64,000 bases of DNA. Origin: Thermodesulfobacteriota bacterium. GTDB lineage: Bacteria; Desulfobacterota; Desulfobulbia; Desulfobulbales; SURF-16. The position numbers were made by a program, and so were the translations under genes. Location of the stretch: assembly GCA_040755455.1 (NCBI GenBank), contig JBFMAY010000018.1, positions 8,872 to 72,871 on the forward strand. The letters run 5' to 3'. Positions 40,636-52,775 of the stretch are shown here, piece by piece (within the stretch, counting starts at the first letter, position 1; every line of letters begins with the position of its first letter). The notes beneath the pieces are model-generated. The model searched no databases and was not told the DNA's origin. It saw only the letters and a list, made by a program, of their open reading frames with translations.

Positions 40636-42152
40636 AGGCCAAGCAGGCGATAGACCTGCGCCATGTCAAGCTGTGTCCGCACGGCAGCGGCCAACCGGTC
40701 AAAAGCCGGCTCCAGATCATAAGGGGCGCAGATTCTGCCCATGGGATCAAGCCCCTGCCGCAGGCGCAGCCCGTCAAGAAACCAGCGGCGGAAGTGGTCG
40801 TCGTCAAAGATGCCGTGCAGGTAAGCGCCCCAGACAAGGCCGTCGTCTGATGCAACGCCGCAGGCCGTGCCGTCGGCAAAATGGAGAAGCGGGGTCTGGG
40901 AGGAGCGGCTTTGGCCGTGGTGGATCTCATAACCCCGGACGGCGAGGCCTGAGAGCCGGTGCGTCCCCTTTTTGCGGGTCAAGGTCTTATCCCGGGCCAG
41001 CACCGTCTCCAGGTCAAGGAAGCCAAGTCCGTTGATGCTTTTTCGCGAGGATTCCACGCTATGGGGGTCCTTGATCAGGCGACCCAGCATCTGAAAGCCG
41101 CCGCAGATGCCGATGATGGGGGTATTTCGCCGGCGCAGTGTGGCAATTTTTGCGGCAAGTCCCGAGGTGTTAAGCCAGACGAGATCAGCCGCCACATTTT
41201 TGCTGCCAGGCAGCACGACCGCTGCCGGTGAGCCGAGATCTTCGCCCGTGCGAACGATGCGCAGACAGACATCCGGCTCGGCCAGCAATGGTTCAATGTC
41301 GGTAAAATTGGCGATATGGGGCAGGTCGATCAGGGCAATCTCAAGCGCCTTTTCTTCTGTCCGGCTGCCGTCATATATGCCGTTTTTAAAACCCACGGAA
41401 TCTTCTTCAGGCAGCCCCAGTCCGGGGATAAAGTCGATCACCCCGAGCACCGGTTTGCCTGTGCGTTTTTCCGTAAAGGCCAGGGCATCGCCCAGCAGGG
41501 ATTTGTCGCCCCGGAAGCGGTTGATGACAAAGCCGCCGATCAGGGCGCGTTCCCATGGATCAAGAATTTCCATGGTACCGAGCAGAGCGGCAAAAACACC
41601 GCCCCGGTCGATGTCGCCGACCAGCAGCACCTTGGCTCTGGCATAGCGGGCCATGGGCATGTTGACTATGTCATGGTGCTTGAGGTTTACCTCCGCCGGG
41701 CTGCCCGCTCCTTCCATGATGATGACGTCATGCTCCGCGGCCAGGGCATCAAAAGCCTCGGTGGCCCTGAGAAAGGCCTCCGGCTTGTAATGGAGGTAGT
41801 TATCCACCTTCATGTTGCCCACCGGTTTCCCCATGACGATGATCTGGCTGCCGGTGTCGCTGTTTGGTTTGATCAGCACCGGGTTCATGCGGACATCCGC
41901 CTCAAGCCGCGCCGCCTGGGCCTGCACCGCTTGGGCCCGGCCCATTTCCTCACCATTTCTGGTGACAAAGGAGTTGAGAGACATGTTCTGCGCCTTGAAA
42001 GGCGCCACCGATAAACCGTCCTGCAGCAGAATACGGCACAGGGCCGCGGTGAGAATTGATTTGCCCGCATTGGAGCAGGTTCCCTGGAGCATGAGGGCCG
42101 GGGTGCGGAGTGCAGTGGTTTGGGTGAAAAGTTCGGCAAGGGACAGGGGCAT
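40632..42152 (-). CDS. cobQ: Cobyric acid synthase
   Basis: [48 protein letters not shown]. Confidence 0.96.
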   Translation of the reverse strand: MPLSLAELFTQTTALRTPALMLQGTCSNAGKSILTAALCRILLQDGLSVAPFKAQNMSLNSFVTRNGEEMGRAQAVQAQAARLEADVRMNPVLIKPNSDTGSQIIVMGKPVGNMKVDNYLHYKPEAFLRATEAFDALAAEHDVIIMEGAGSPAEVNLKHHDIVNMPMARYARAKVLLVGDIDRGGVFAALLGTMEILDPWERALIGGFVINRFRGDKSLLGDALAFTEKRTGKPVLGVIDFIPGLGLPEEDSVGFKNGIYDGSRTEEKALEIALIDLPHIANFTDIEPLLAEPDVCLRIVRTGEDLGSPAAVVLPGSKNVAADLVWLNTSGLAAKIATLRRRNTPIIGICGGFQMLGRLIKDPHSVESSRKSINGLGFLDLETVLARDKTLTRKKGTHRLSGLAVRGYEIHHGQSRSSQTPLLHFADGTACGVASDDGLVWGAYLHGIFDDDHFRRWFLDGLRLRQGLDPMGRICAPYDLEPAFDRLAAAVRTQLDMAQVYRLLGL

Positions 42153-42462
42153 ATTTTTTCAGGGCCAGGAATTTTTTTTGATCTTGCCTGCGGGCCAGGG
42201 ACGTTTTGTCGCTGCCTTTCAGACCGATGAGGGGGTGAAGTATGCACTGAAAATGCTGATCATGCAAAAGAAAATTTGCCTTTTCCGTGAAAACTTGCCG
42301 ACTTTGTTTTTAAAGCCTGACGCAGGAGCGATTGCCTGCCCGCTATAATGCGCCATGCCGGTGAGTAGTGGGGGCATGGCAAAAAAAAATGGATTTTTCT
42401 TTTTTTTTTGTGATAACCTTGATGAACACCCAAAAATTATTGAATTCCAGGAGGATAGATTG

Positions 42463-44592
42463 ATGAAGTGGCAGGATCTTTCGCTTTCTCTCAAACTCGG
42501 CGTGGCGTTCGGGGTAATTTTAATCATGACCGCCGTTATCGGCCTGCTGTCCTATGCCGGCATCAAGAATATCGTCTTTAACGCCCATGAGGTTATTGCG
42601 GGCAACAGCATGCGGGCCGACATCGCTGCTGCTGAAATCGCCCACCTCAACTGGATGAAAAAAGTCAGTTCCTTTCTGACGGAAAAGAGCAAGCAGGAGC
42701 TGGAGGTGGAGGTTGACGACCACAAGTGCGCCTTTGGAAAGTGGCTTTACGGAGAGCAGCGCAAGGAAATTGAACAAAGGATTCCCTCCATTGCCCAGCA
42801 TCTGAAGGCAATTGAAAAGGTTCATTACGATCTGCATACCTCAGCCGCGGACATAAAAAAGAATTTTCACCTTGCCGATCCCAATCTGCCGACGGTTCTG
42901 GCTGAGCGGGAAATTGATCATCTGCGCTTTATCGATAAGATCAATGATGTGTTTAACGGTGTTGCCGCGGATTTTGAGGTGGAGACTGATCCCCATAAAT
43001 GCGGGCTTGGGAACTGGCTGTACGGGGACGGCGTCCGCAATGCCATCGCCATGGAACCGGAACTGGAGCCTGCCATCAAAAGCCTCATCGAACCCCATAC
43101 CAAGCTCCATCAATCAGTGACGGACCTCAAAAAATACTGGCAGTCGAATGACAAAGCCCGCAGCCGCGAGATATTAACCACTGTCACCCTGCCCGCCCTC
43201 CATGAAGTCGAACATATTCTCGGTAACATCCGGAGCGAAGCTGCCAAGAATCTTGTCGGCATGAAAACGGCCAACGATATCTACGTGCAACGCACGCTGC
43301 CCGCCCTGGCCCAGGTGCAGGAGACCCTGGCCAAGGTCAAGAATGAGGTAGACGCCAACATGATGACGGATGCAGTCATGTTGAACAGCGCCACCAGGGC
43401 AAAGCGCAATGTGCTGCTCATCGCCCTGATAACGATCTGTTCCGGCATCGCTCTTTCCGCCCTCATCGCCAGAAAGATCGCAGGCCCCCTGGTCATGGGG
43501 GTTGCGTTTGCCGGGAAAATCGCCAATGGCGATCTGCGGGAAAAGCTGGCAATCGACCAAAACGATGAGGTAGGCAAGCTGGCCAAGGCGCTGAACGGCA
43601 TGGCTGCCAACCTGCGGCAGATTATGGGGAGTATTGCCGAAAAAAGTGGCCAGGTGACTGCATCCTCCGAAGAGCTTTTTGGCGCTTCCGAAGAAATGGC
43701 GGGGGCGGCGGAGAAAACAAAGGACGAAACCACGGCAACAGCCAGGGCCACTGAGGAGATAACAAGCAATATCCAGGCGGTTTCCGATACTGCCGTCATG
43801 ATGTCCGCCAAAACCCAGGAAATTTCCGCGGCGGCCGGCGAGATGTCGGCCAACGTCAATAACGTGGCGGCTGCCATTGAGGAGATGGCCACCTCCATCC
43901 GGGAGGTGGCGGAGAACTGCACCAAGGCTCAGGCTTTCTCCGGCAACGGCAAGGATAAAAGTGATGCGTCCAAGGTATTGATCGCCGAGCTTGACCAGGC
44001 GGCCAGGGATATCGGCAATGTGGTCAACGTCATCACCGAGATAACCGAGCAGACCAAGCTGCTCGCCCTGAATGCCACCATTGAGGCGGCCAGGGCCGGC
44101 GAGGCTGGCAAGGGCTTTGCCGTGGTGGCCAACGAGGTGAAGGATCTGGCCAAGCAGACGGCGGAAGCCGCGGAGAATATCGCCAGGCAGATTCAGGACA
44201 TGCAGTCAAGGACCAGGTCGGTGGTTGATGTCATCGAGGAGGTTTCTCATATTAATGAGGATATCAATGAGGTCAATACCACCATTGCCGCGGCCGTAGA
44301 AGAGCAGACCGCCACGGTGGGCGAGATCGCCCGAACCATTGCCGGCACAGCCCTTGGCGTTGACAGTGTCTCCGCCAATATCCGCGAGCTCGCGGCAAAT
44401 ATTGAGCAGGAGGTTATTGCCAGTATTAAGGGGGCCGCTGCCGGCGTCAGGGAAATCTCTAACAATATTAACGGGATTACCACGGTGTGCGGGGTTGGCG
44501 CCCAGAATGCGGCGATCATTAAGAGCACTGCCGGTGAACTGTCTACTTTTTCCGCCGAGCTGCAGAGCCAGGTGGATAAATTCCGTCTGTAG
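42463..44592 (+). CDS. Methyl-accepting chemotaxis protein with two CZB zinc-binding domains
   Basis: TM1, [14 protein letters not shown] and [16 protein letters not shown]2, [40 protein letters not shown]. Confidence 0.92.
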   Translation: MKWQDLSLSLKLGVAFGVILIMTAVIGLLSYAGIKNIVFNAHEVIAGNSMRADIAAAEIAHLNWMKKVSSFLTEKSKQELEVEVDDHKCAFGKWLYGEQRKEIEQRIPSIAQHLKAIEKVHYDLHTSAADIKKNFHLADPNLPTVLAEREIDHLRFIDKINDVFNGVAADFEVETDPHKCGLGNWLYGDGVRNAIAMEPELEPAIKSLIEPHTKLHQSVTDLKKYWQSNDKARSREILTTVTLPALHEVEHILGNIRSEAAKNLVGMKTANDIYVQRTLPALAQVQETLAKVKNEVDANMMTDAVMLNSATRAKRNVLLIALITICSGIALSALIARKIAGPLVMGVAFAGKIANGDLREKLAIDQNDEVGKLAKALNGMAANLRQIMGSIAEKSGQVTASSEELFGASEEMAGAAEKTKDETTATARATEEITSNIQAVSDTAVMMSAKTQEISAAAGEMSANVNNVAAAIEEMATSIREVAENCTKAQAFSGNGKDKSDASKVLIAELDQAARDIGNVVNVITEITEQTKLLALNATIEAARAGEAGKGFAVVANEVKDLAKQTAEAAENIARQIQDMQSRTRSVVDVIEEVSHINEDINEVNTTIAAAVEEQTATVGEIARTIAGTALGVDSVSANIRELAANIEQEVIASIKGAAAGVREISNNINGITTVCGVGAQNAAIIKSTAGELSTFSAELQSQVDKFRL

Positions 44593-44742
44593 CAGAGGAA
44601 AAGAGAGCCGGAGATGACCGTAAAAATACCCTTTGCGGCGAGATGGCGTAACTGATCACGGGTGATGGTTCCAAAGCCTGCCCCTCGGCGACCCCGTAAG
44701 GGCAACGCGAACCGTCCCCTCCTATGCCCCCGCCCCGCAACG

Positions 44743-45405
44743 TCACCCCCTGCTTTTGCTGAAGATCACCAGACTTCTCCTGGCCCTGCTAAATGGCAGG
44801 GCCAGGGTCACAATATTCTGCAGGGTGTACGGGCTTGCCGGCTGCTCAGCCAGCCACTGGCTGATTTCCTCTTCCGCCTTGGGGCCCTTCATGCAGATCA
44901 CGGTGCCGTCAGGTGGGCTGAAAGGCGCGGCAAGTTCGAGGAAGTCGCTGATATTTGCCACGGCCCGGCTGGTAATGCAGGCCCAGGTTGGCTGCTGACC
45001 GACCAGGCCAGGTTCAAGGCGCTTTTCAATAATCGTGACGTGGTCAAGATGCAGGCTGCGGACAATATGTCTCAGAAACGTCACTCGTTTCGCACGGGGC
45101 TCAACCAGGGTCAGCTCAAGTTCAGGCCAGGCAGCTTTCAGCACCAGGCCGGGGAAGCCGGCGCCGGTGCCCACATCTAGGAGTTGAGGCCTGTCTTCAC
45201 TGTTTAAGTGGGGCAGCAGGGTAAGCGAATCGAGAAAATGGCTTTCAACCATTTCCAGCTCAGTGGCCTGGGACACAAGATTCATCCTGCGGTTCCATTT
45301 AACCAGTTCATTGTAATAGCAAACAAGCCGGTCAATGCTCTCCGCATGGCTGAGTGGAATACCTAGGGCCTTGCAGCCCTGCGCTAAGATGTCCTTGCAG
45401 GCCAT
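44743..45405 (-). CDS. rsmG: 16S rRNA m7G527 methyltransferase
   Basis: WNRRMNL, HFLDSL, LDVGTGAGFPG, TSRAV, MKG. Confidence 0.95.
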   Translation of the reverse strand: MACKDILAQGCKALGIPLSHAESIDRLVCYYNELVKWNRRMNLVSQATELEMVESHFLDSLTLLPHLNSEDRPQLLDVGTGAGFPGLVLKAAWPELELTLVEPRAKRVTFLRHIVRSLHLDHVTIIEKRLEPGLVGQQPTWACITSRAVANISDFLELAAPFSPPDGTVICMKGPKAEEEISQWLAEQPASPYTLQNIVTLALPFSRARRSLVIFSKSRG

Positions 45406-45412
45406 GGTGCAA

Positions 45413-46726
45413 TCACTTTTCCCCTTCAAGTCTTACCGCCACGGAGCGGGCATGGGCGGTCAGCCCCTCCAGGTTGGCCAGGTTCTGGATATGCTCGGCA
45501 TCCGCCAGAAAGGCTCGACGGGAGCAGGAAATCAGACTGCTTTTCTTGAGAAAGGTTTCCACGCCAAGGGCGGAGGAGATGCGGGCGGTGCCCATGGTGG
45601 GCAGGACATGGTTCGGTCCGGCAACGTAGTCGCCGCAAGCCTCGGGGGAGTAATCACCGAGGAAAATCGCGCCGGCATGCTGGATGCTGGGCAACCAGGA
45701 GAAAGGATCGGCCACCATGAGCTCCAGGTGCTCGATGGCAATGTCGTTGGCCATGGCCATGGCCTCGTCAAGGCTGTCGCAGACCAGGATCGTGCCCCGG
45801 TCGGCCAGGGATTTGCGGGCAATGTCCTCGCGGCTCAGCAGCTTCAGCTGTTTTTCCAGCTCTACCACGGTGGCCTCGGCAATGTCCTGGCTGGTGGTCA
45901 CCAGAATGGCCAGGGCCTGCGGGTCATGTTCGGCCTGGGCCAGGAGGTCGGCGGCAATGAAGGCCGGTTTTGCCGTGTGGTCGGCCACGATGAGCACCTC
46001 GCTGGGGCCTGCGATCATGTCGATCCCCACCCGGCCGGCCACCTGGCGCTTGGCCTCGGTGACGTACTGGTTGCCCGGCCCGACAATGACATCCACCGCC
46101 GGAATGATCTCCGTGCCGTAGGCCAGGGCCCCGATAGCCCAGGCGCTGCCGGTTTTATAAATCTGCCGGATGCCAATTTCCTGCGCCGCCACCAGCAGGG
46201 CGGGATGAACCTTGCCCCGGGCATTGGGCGGGGTGACCATGATCCGGTGCTTGACCCCGGCAATGGCCGCCGGGATGCCGTTCATCAGCACCGATGAGAC
46301 CAGCGGGGTCTTCCCCCCCTGACCACCGGGCACGTAAAGCCCGGCATAGGCCACCGGGCGCACCAATCGGCCGGTGATGGAGCCGTCCTCCCGGGTAAGA
46401 ATCCAGGACTGCTCCATCTCCCGCTCATGAAAGGCCCAGATGCGTTGTTTGGCCAACCGCAGGCTCTGCATCAGTTTTTCGTCCACCTGGGCGTAGGCCT
46501 CCTGCAGTTCAGCCCCGGTTACCCGGAGCTGGTCGGGGGTCATGTTCGGCGCGTCGAATCTACGGGTGTACTCGAGCAGTGCCTCATCGCCGCGCTCCCT
46601 GATGGCCTGCAGGATGGCGCTGACCGCCTCACGGCAGGAGGAATCGGCCAATTGAAAACGGTAGGCAAGCCGGGACAGGCTGCTTTTTCCTTGGGCTGAC
46701 TGGGTTGTATAGGGGGTAATAATCAT
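45413..46726 (-). CDS. hisD: Histidinol dehydrogenase
   Basis: GLYVPGG, IDMIAGPSE, QAEHDP, EHLEL, GPNHVLPT. Confidence 0.97.
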   Translation of the reverse strand: MIITPYTTQSAQGKSSLSRLAYRFQLADSSCREAVSAILQAIRERGDEALLEYTRRFDAPNMTPDQLRVTGAELQEAYAQVDEKLMQSLRLAKQRIWAFHEREMEQSWILTREDGSITGRLVRPVAYAGLYVPGGQGGKTPLVSSVLMNGIPAAIAGVKHRIMVTPPNARGKVHPALLVAAQEIGIRQIYKTGSAWAIGALAYGTEIIPAVDVIVGPGNQYVTEAKRQVAGRVGIDMIAGPSEVLIVADHTAKPAFIAADLLAQAEHDPQALAILVTTSQDIAEATVVELEKQLKLLSREDIARKSLADRGTILVCDSLDEAMAMANDIAIEHLELMVADPFSWLPSIQHAGAIFLGDYSPEACGDYVAGPNHVLPTMGTARISSALGVETFLKKSSLISCSRRAFLADAEHIQNLANLEGLTAHARSVAVRLEGEK

Positions 46727-48459
46727 TTCTGCACCTCATCTTCATTAAATACCGGGCATTTGGTGTCTGGTGAATATTTCGTATAGGCCGGGTCCGAGTA
46801 CTCCTTGTGGCACTCCAGGCAGAGGCCGACGCGCAGAATGCGGGCCAGCTCTTCCTTGTTGAACGGCCGGACTTCGGGCCGGGAACTTTTCTGCAAGGCT
46901 ACCCCGTCAATGGTGACATAGGCGTCCAGGGGCGGCGTCTGGCCGACAGCGGTGGCAAGTCCCTGGTCGGTTCCGGCAAAATGCCAGGCACCGTTTTCTT
47001 TCCAGGCCGTGCCTTCACCCAAACCCATCACCTTGGTGGAGGTGTGGCATTCGGGACAGTCTCTGCCCGTGGTCTGGGTGGTATGGGGGTTGATGGCCGC
47101 CATGGTAAGGCTGTTGAACTGTTTGTCCGCCTTGCCTGCCTTGTCAACCAGGGTGACAATGTCCTGGCAGCCAGGGGTGACGATGATCACCTTGTCATTC
47201 CACATGGCCAGCATGGGCCGTTCATAGCGGAGATAGGAGCGGCCTTCGTTCCACCAGCCGGGCCTCTCTTCCAGGCTCAGCTTGTCGAGATGGGTTTCCG
47301 TCATGTCGCGCTTGACATGACAGCCGTAACATTGGGGCACCCAGGTGGAGTGGCAGGCCTCACAGCCCACCCGTTTGTGGCCGGCAAAGTCGCAGACCCC
47401 GGTTTTGGGTGGTTTTAAGGGATGTTTCTTGCCGTTGATCTTGTTGTTGATCACCCACGCCTCTCCTTCCGCAATGATATTGTTCAGTTTTTCATTTTTT
47501 CGGGTCTGCCCCGGAGTTTTGCCGGCCTGGCTCCGGCCGGCGCTGACATGGCAGGTGTCGCAGCTGATCTCCAGCTGCTGCTCATAGTGGGCATAGTTGG
47601 TGCCGTCACCCATGATCTCGTTTCTGGTATGGCAGTCAATGCAGGACATGCCCCGCTGATGATGAATGTCAGCCGGCAGGCTGAAATAAAAGCGGTCGCC
47701 CGGCAGCCTTTTTTCCGACATTTCGCCGTTTTTATAGGGGGTGCCGTAATTTTCAGATTCGTACACGCCGGTGTAGGAGATGCCGATCCTGCCGCTGCGG
47801 TTATGGCAGCGGACACAGTTGTTGACCGGTATCTTTTTGATGATCTGCGGGTGGAGTTTGGCGGCCGCCTCGGGTGACAGATTTTCGTCCTTGATGTAAT
47901 GGCAGGCGGAGCAGCCGCCGCCCTTTTCGCCAAAAAAGCCGGGCAGATCCCCTTTCTGCTTCCACAGATGGCAGGTGCCGCATAGTTTGCGGAAATAGTC
48001 CAGTGCAAGGGAGGTTTGGCCGCTTTCCAGCAGTTTTTCCACCGAATAGTCGCCGTTCTGGTCCGGGGCCTCGCCCCAGTAGTAGAGCAGGGTGGCAAGA
48101 ATGCCGCGGTTGGTGGCCATTAGGGAATTCTTGACCTTTTTCACGTCAGCGGCGTGGCAGCCCTCGATGCCGCAGGTTTTCTCCACCAGGCGCAGGTCGC
48201 CCGGGTTTTTGACGATGCCCTCGTGCGCCTTTTGCTTGTCAATGGCCAGAAAATCGCCCAGGTGGCAAGGGGAGCACCCCACCACCAGGCGATCGTGGGC
48301 CCCGTCGAGTTTCTCGGTCTTATGGCAGCTCAGGCACATTTCCACCCGGCCGGAGGTGGTCTGGTACAGACGATCCGGCCGCTCGGTCATGTTTTCCCGG
48401 ATAACCAAGGCGAGAACACAGAGCAGAAGAAAGAACAGGACCAGGCGGGACGACGACAT
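46723..48459 (-). CDS. Membrane-anchored multiheme cytochrome c (11 CxxCH plus 1 CX4CH)
   Basis: N-terminal TM; CLSCH, CSPCH, CGIEGCH, CGTCH, CSACH, CVRCH, CIDCH, CDTCH, CEACH, CYGCH, CPECH, CLECH. Confidence 0.9.
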   Translation of the reverse strand: MSSSRLVLFFLLLCVLALVIRENMTERPDRLYQTTSGRVEMCLSCHKTEKLDGAHDRLVVGCSPCHLGDFLAIDKQKAHEGIVKNPGDLRLVEKTCGIEGCHAADVKKVKNSLMATNRGILATLLYYWGEAPDQNGDYSVEKLLESGQTSLALDYFRKLCGTCHLWKQKGDLPGFFGEKGGGCSACHYIKDENLSPEAAAKLHPQIIKKIPVNNCVRCHNRSGRIGISYTGVYESENYGTPYKNGEMSEKRLPGDRFYFSLPADIHHQRGMSCIDCHTRNEIMGDGTNYAHYEQQLEISCDTCHVSAGRSQAGKTPGQTRKNEKLNNIIAEGEAWVINNKINGKKHPLKPPKTGVCDFAGHKRVGCEACHSTWVPQCYGCHVKRDMTETHLDKLSLEERPGWWNEGRSYLRYERPMLAMWNDKVIIVTPGCQDIVTLVDKAGKADKQFNSLTMAAINPHTTQTTGRDCPECHTSTKVMGLGEGTAWKENGAWHFAGTDQGLATAVGQTPPLDAYVTIDGVALQKSSRPEVRPFNKEELARILRVGLCLECHKEYSDPAYTKYSPDTKCPVFNEDEVQK

Positions 48460-48460
48460 C

Positions 48461-50098
48461 TTATTCCCTGAAGCGCTGGGCAATGGGATAGCGGCGGCCG
48501 TAGCCGAAGGCCTTGGAGGTGACCTTCAGTCCCATGGCCGCCTGTTGCCGCTTGTATTCATTGCGCTTGATGCGGCGGACAATGTCTTCGACAATATCTC
48601 GGTCAAAGCCTCGGCCCGCTATTTCAGCAATGGAGAGATGTTCCTCAAGATAGGCGCTGAGGATGGGATCAAGCACCTCGTAGGGGGGCAGATCATCCTG
48701 GTCTTTTTGGTCCGGGGCCAGTTCAGCCGTGGGGGCGCGGCTTATGGTGCGGGCCGGGATGATTTCCTGATGGCGGTTGATAAAGCGGGCCAGGGCGTAA
48801 ACCATCTGCTTGGGCACGTCGGCCAGCAGGGCCAGGGCCCCGGCCATATCGCCGTACAGGGTGCAGTAGCCTACCGCCATCTCCGACTTGTTGCCGGTGG
48901 TGAGCAGCAGGGCGTTGAACTTGTTGGCCAGGGCCATGAGCAGGGTGCCGCGAATGCGGGCCTGGATGTTCTGCTCGGTCACGTCCTCCTGCAGGCCGGC
49001 GAAAAGGGGGGTAAGCGTCTGGCGGAATGAGGCAAAGGTGGCGGAAATATCGATGATCTCAAAACGAATGCCGAGGTTTTTGGCCAGAATCATTGCGTCT
49101 TCAATGCTTGCCGGTGAGGTGTAGGGCGAGGGCAGGGCCACGCCGGTGACGTTTGCCGCGCCCAGGGCCGCGCAGGCGATGGCGCAGGTCAGGGCCGAAT
49201 CGATGCCGCCGCTTAATCCCAGCAGTACCTTGGAGAAACCGCATTTCCTGATGTAATCCCGGCAGCCCATGGCCAGGGCCTGAAAAACAAGGGCTGTTTC
49301 ATCATTTTCCCGGGGAGGGTGCGCAGCATGAAGTTGCTCCGTGTCAATGATGAGCATGTCCTCGCAAAACGAGTTGGCCTGCAGGCAGAGGGCGCCGTCA
49401 TGGTCCAGCACCATGCTGTCCCCGTCAAAAAGAACGGAATCCTGACCGCCAACCTGATTGACATAGAGGAGGGGGACATGATATTTGCGGCAGAGTTGGG
49501 AGAAAATTGTCCGCCGCAGCTGTTGTTTGCCAATGGTGAAAGGGGATGCGGCGATGTTGATGAGCAGGTCAATTCCCCCACTCATCAGGTCAGCCACGGG
49601 ATTGGCCTGATACAGCGGATGGGGAAAGCTGTTCTCGTCGTTAAAGATATCTTCGCAGATCGTTATCCCCAGACGGAGTCCTTGGTAAGTAAAAGGACTG
49701 CTGGCCTGCCCCGGTTCAAAATAACGGGCTTCGTCAAACACATCATAGGTGGGCAGCAGACGTTTGTGGGCACTGAAAAGAATTTTGCCGTCAGTCAAGA
49801 GCAGGGCGCTGTTGTGCAAGGGTTTGCCGGTGCCGCCGCTGTGACGGGTGATGGCACCGCAGAGCACGGCGATGCCCTGGGTTGCGGCAACAAGGTTGTC
49901 AATGGCGGCCTCCTGCTGGGTCAAAAAGGCCTCGTGCTCCAGGTAATCCTGCGGCGGGTAACCGCTGATGGCCAGTTCCGGGAAAATGGCAAGCTGGCAA
50001 CCGGCGTTGTGGGCCTGGTCGATCTGTTTGGCAATATTGGCGATATTGCCGGTAAAATCACCGATCACCGGGTTTATTTGCGTCAGGGCGAGTTTCAT
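48461..50098 (-). CDS. nadE: Glutamine-dependent NAD+ synthetase
   Basis: Nitrilase domain (FPEL, K..LPTY..FDE, ICED) plus [19 protein letters not shown]. Confidence 0.96.
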   Translation of the reverse strand: MKLALTQINPVIGDFTGNIANIAKQIDQAHNAGCQLAIFPELAISGYPPQDYLEHEAFLTQQEAAIDNLVAATQGIAVLCGAITRHSGGTGKPLHNSALLLTDGKILFSAHKRLLPTYDVFDEARYFEPGQASSPFTYQGLRLGITICEDIFNDENSFPHPLYQANPVADLMSGGIDLLINIAASPFTIGKQQLRRTIFSQLCRKYHVPLLYVNQVGGQDSVLFDGDSMVLDHDGALCLQANSFCEDMLIIDTEQLHAAHPPRENDETALVFQALAMGCRDYIRKCGFSKVLLGLSGGIDSALTCAIACAALGAANVTGVALPSPYTSPASIEDAMILAKNLGIRFEIIDISATFASFRQTLTPLFAGLQEDVTEQNIQARIRGTLLMALANKFNALLLTTGNKSEMAVGYCTLYGDMAGALALLADVPKQMVYALARFINRHQEIIPARTISRAPTAELAPDQKDQDDLPPYEVLDPILSAYLEEHLSIAEIAGRGFDRDIVEDIVRRIKRNEYKRQQAAMGLKVTSKAFGYGRRYPIAQRFRE

Positions 50099-50242
50099 GG
50101 TTGCTATTTATAGCATAATAAAGTGGCTCATGCCGCATCAATTTTTGGGCAAGTTTTGCTTGCAGGATCAGCATGTTTCATACTAATCTTGTTTGCACCG
50201 GTATTCTTCCTGCAACCCTGAGCCACAATGAGGCCCTCCTTC

Positions 50243-51562
50243 ATGCGCAAATATTTTGTCCTGGATACAAACGTCTTACTGCATAATGCTGATTCCATCA
50301 GTTCTTTTTCCGACAACTATGTGGTGTTGCCCATGTCGGTCATCGAGGAGCTTGACAAGTTCAAATCCCGCAGTGATGAACTTGGCCGCAACGCCCGCAA
50401 GGTTATCAGGGATCTCGACCATCTCCGCTGTCGCGGCAGGCTGGCGGAAGGGGTGGAGATGGAAAACGGCGGCATCTTGCGAATTTTCACGGAAGGGGAT
50501 GATGTTGTCTGTCCCGGACTGAACATGAAGGTGCCGGACAACCGGATTCTCGCTGTCGCCTATACCTTGTTTAAAAAAGGCGAAAAGGTTATTTTCGTCT
50601 CAAAAGACATCAACGCCCGCCTGAAGGCCGATGCCCTGGGCATCGGCGTCATGGATTTTGAGAAACAGAAGGTCAATTTTGATGAGCTCTTTTCCGGCTA
50701 CCGGGAGCAACTGGTGCCGGGTAAGGTTATTGATATTCTGTATGAAAAACGTGAGGTTGAGGCTGACGGCCTGGATCTCGTTCCCAATGAATTCGTGCTG
50801 CTCCAGGATGAGGCTGATCCCAAGCACAGCGCCCTGGCCCGGGCCTTCAACGAGCGGAAACTGGTAAGACTTAATCCCCAGTATGATTCCGCCTGGCAGA
50901 TTCGTTCCCGCAGCAAGGAGCAGCGGATGTGCCTGGAACTTTTGCTTGATCCGAGTGTCCAACTTGTAACACTGGTGGGACAGGCGGGTACCGGTAAAAC
51001 GCTTTTGGCGCTGGCCGCCGGTCTTGAAGAGGTGATTATCAATAAACGCTACGAGAAGATACTGGTTTCGCGGCCGATCATTCCCCTGGGCAAGGATCTG
51101 GGCTACATGCCCGGCGATAAGGACGAGAAACTGGCGCACTGGATGCAGCCTATTTTTGATAACCTTACCTTTCTCATGGGCAGCGGCCATTCCACGAAAA
51201 ATCGGCAGGATGATGATTCCATGCGCCACAAGGTCGATAAACTGCTGAAGGATCATGTGGTGGAAATGGAGGCCCTTACCTATATCCGGGGCCGCTCCAT
51301 CTCAGGCCAGTTTGTCATCGTTGACGAGGCCCAGAATCTGACCCCGCATGAGGTCAAGACCATCATCAGCAGGGCTGGCGAGGGGACAAAAATGGTGCTG
51401 ACCGGTGATCCCTATCAGATCGACAACCCCTATCTTGACTCCAGCAGTAACGGACTGACCTATACAGTGGAACGGTTAAAAACGTTGCCGATCCATGGCC
51501 ACATCACCCTGAAAAAAAGTGAACGGAGCCAGCTGTCAGGGGTGGCGGCGGATTATCTGTAA
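50243..51562 (+). CDS. PIN-PhoH fusion (PhoH2-like) ATPase/ribonuclease
   Basis: VLDTNVLL PIN domain, GQAGTGKT, YIRGRS, DEAQNL, GDPYQID. Confidence 0.92.
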   Translation: MRKYFVLDTNVLLHNADSISSFSDNYVVLPMSVIEELDKFKSRSDELGRNARKVIRDLDHLRCRGRLAEGVEMENGGILRIFTEGDDVVCPGLNMKVPDNRILAVAYTLFKKGEKVIFVSKDINARLKADALGIGVMDFEKQKVNFDELFSGYREQLVPGKVIDILYEKREVEADGLDLVPNEFVLLQDEADPKHSALARAFNERKLVRLNPQYDSAWQIRSRSKEQRMCLELLLDPSVQLVTLVGQAGTGKTLLALAAGLEEVIINKRYEKILVSRPIIPLGKDLGYMPGDKDEKLAHWMQPIFDNLTFLMGSGHSTKNRQDDDSMRHKVDKLLKDHVVEMEALTYIRGRSISGQFVIVDEAQNLTPHEVKTIISRAGEGTKMVLTGDPYQIDNPYLDSSSNGLTYTVERLKTLPIHGHITLKKSERSQLSGVAADYL

Positions 51563-51616
51563 GAGGGATATTTACCAACTGTTTACCGCCGCGAACATGA
51601 AAAGGACCTGAAACAT

Positions 51617-52675
51617 ATGAAATTTGAACCGAAATGGATTGCCTGGGAGATTACCAGACGTTGTAACCTCAAATGCGTTCACTGCCGGTCTTCTTCGCAG
51701 CTTGAGGTCATAGGCCATCCTGATTTTTCCCTTGAGGAGGCCCGCCGGGTGCTTGACGATATCGCCTCCTACGCCAACCCGGTCATGGTGCTTTCCGGCG
51801 GCGAGCCCCTGCTGCGCAAGGATGTCTTTGACATTGCCACCTATGGCACGAGTAAAGGCCTGCGCATGTGCCTGGCCACCAACGGGACATTGGTCACCGA
51901 AGAAATCTGCGGCAAAATTAAGGAGGCGGGCATCAAAATGGTGTCCCTCAGCCTGGACGGCTCCACCGCCGCGGTTCATGACAATTTCCGCAATCAGGCC
52001 GGGGCCTTTGCCGGCACCCTGAATGCCGCCGCCCTGTTCAGGAAGCATGACATCTCCTTTTTGATCAATTCCTCGTTTACCAAGCGAAATCAGGAGGAGA
52101 TCCCCAAAATCTACAAGCTTGCCAAGGAAATCGGGGCCACCGCCTGGTATATGTTCATGATTGTCCCCACCGGCCGCGGTGAAGAGATCATGAAAGAGCT
52201 CATTTCCATGGAGGATTATGAGAAAATGCTTGAGTGGCATTACGACATGGAAAAGGAGGAGAATGACATTCTGGTCCGGCCCACCTGCGCACCGAGTTAC
52301 TACCGCATCGTCCTGCAGAAAAAGAAGGAAACCGGCGACGATTTCCAGCGGCGAACCCTGAAATTTTCCACAGGCGGCTCCAAAGGCTGCCTTGCCGGGC
52401 AGCTGATCTGTCTCATCGACGTGGACGGCAACGTCCTGCCCTGCAGTTATTTCCCCATGGGCGCCGGCAATATCCGGGAGAAATCCTTCAAGGATATCTG
52501 GGAAAATTCAAAACTTTTCCATGACATGCGTGATTTCAAGGCTTACAAGGGCCGTTGCGGCTCCTGCGAATACGTCAGCGTGTGCGGCGGGTGCCGGGCC
52601 AGGGCCTACGCCATGCATGGTGACTACATGGCGGAAGAGCCTTTCTGTTCCCATGTCCCGGCCAAATTAAAATAA
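51617..52675 (+). CDS. Radical SAM/SPASM protein, AhbD/NirJ-like
   Basis: [35 protein letters not shown]...CGGCRARA; first gene before hemE-hemH. Confidence 0.85.
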   Translation: MKFEPKWIAWEITRRCNLKCVHCRSSSQLEVIGHPDFSLEEARRVLDDIASYANPVMVLSGGEPLLRKDVFDIATYGTSKGLRMCLATNGTLVTEEICGKIKEAGIKMVSLSLDGSTAAVHDNFRNQAGAFAGTLNAAALFRKHDISFLINSSFTKRNQEEIPKIYKLAKEIGATAWYMFMIVPTGRGEEIMKELISMEDYEKMLEWHYDMEKEENDILVRPTCAPSYYRIVLQKKKETGDDFQRRTLKFSTGGSKGCLAGQLICLIDVDGNVLPCSYFPMGAGNIREKSFKDIWENSKLFHDMRDFKAYKGRCGSCEYVSVCGGCRARAYAMHGDYMAEEPFCSHVPAKLK

Positions 52676-52775
52676 CTGCATGATTTCTGAAATGGTCCAT
52701 TGGTTGAAGCGCCGACACCTGTTCACCGATTAACGAGTCAGCCAATCCACTAATCAATAACGAAGGAAAAAAAGA

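Noticed and set aside
42153..42462. Cobalamin riboswitch upstream of cobQ-cbiB
   Set aside because: No B12-box or core motifs visible on the minus strand. The GCCATGCC/GGCATGGC hairpin is followed by A's and is not a terminator in either direction.
44610..44626. 17-mer GGAGATGACCGTAAAAA nearly identical to 23831-23847 beside the riboswitch
   Set aside because: Several one-mismatch 17-mer pairs are expected by chance in 64 kb, and no aptamer is present at this site.
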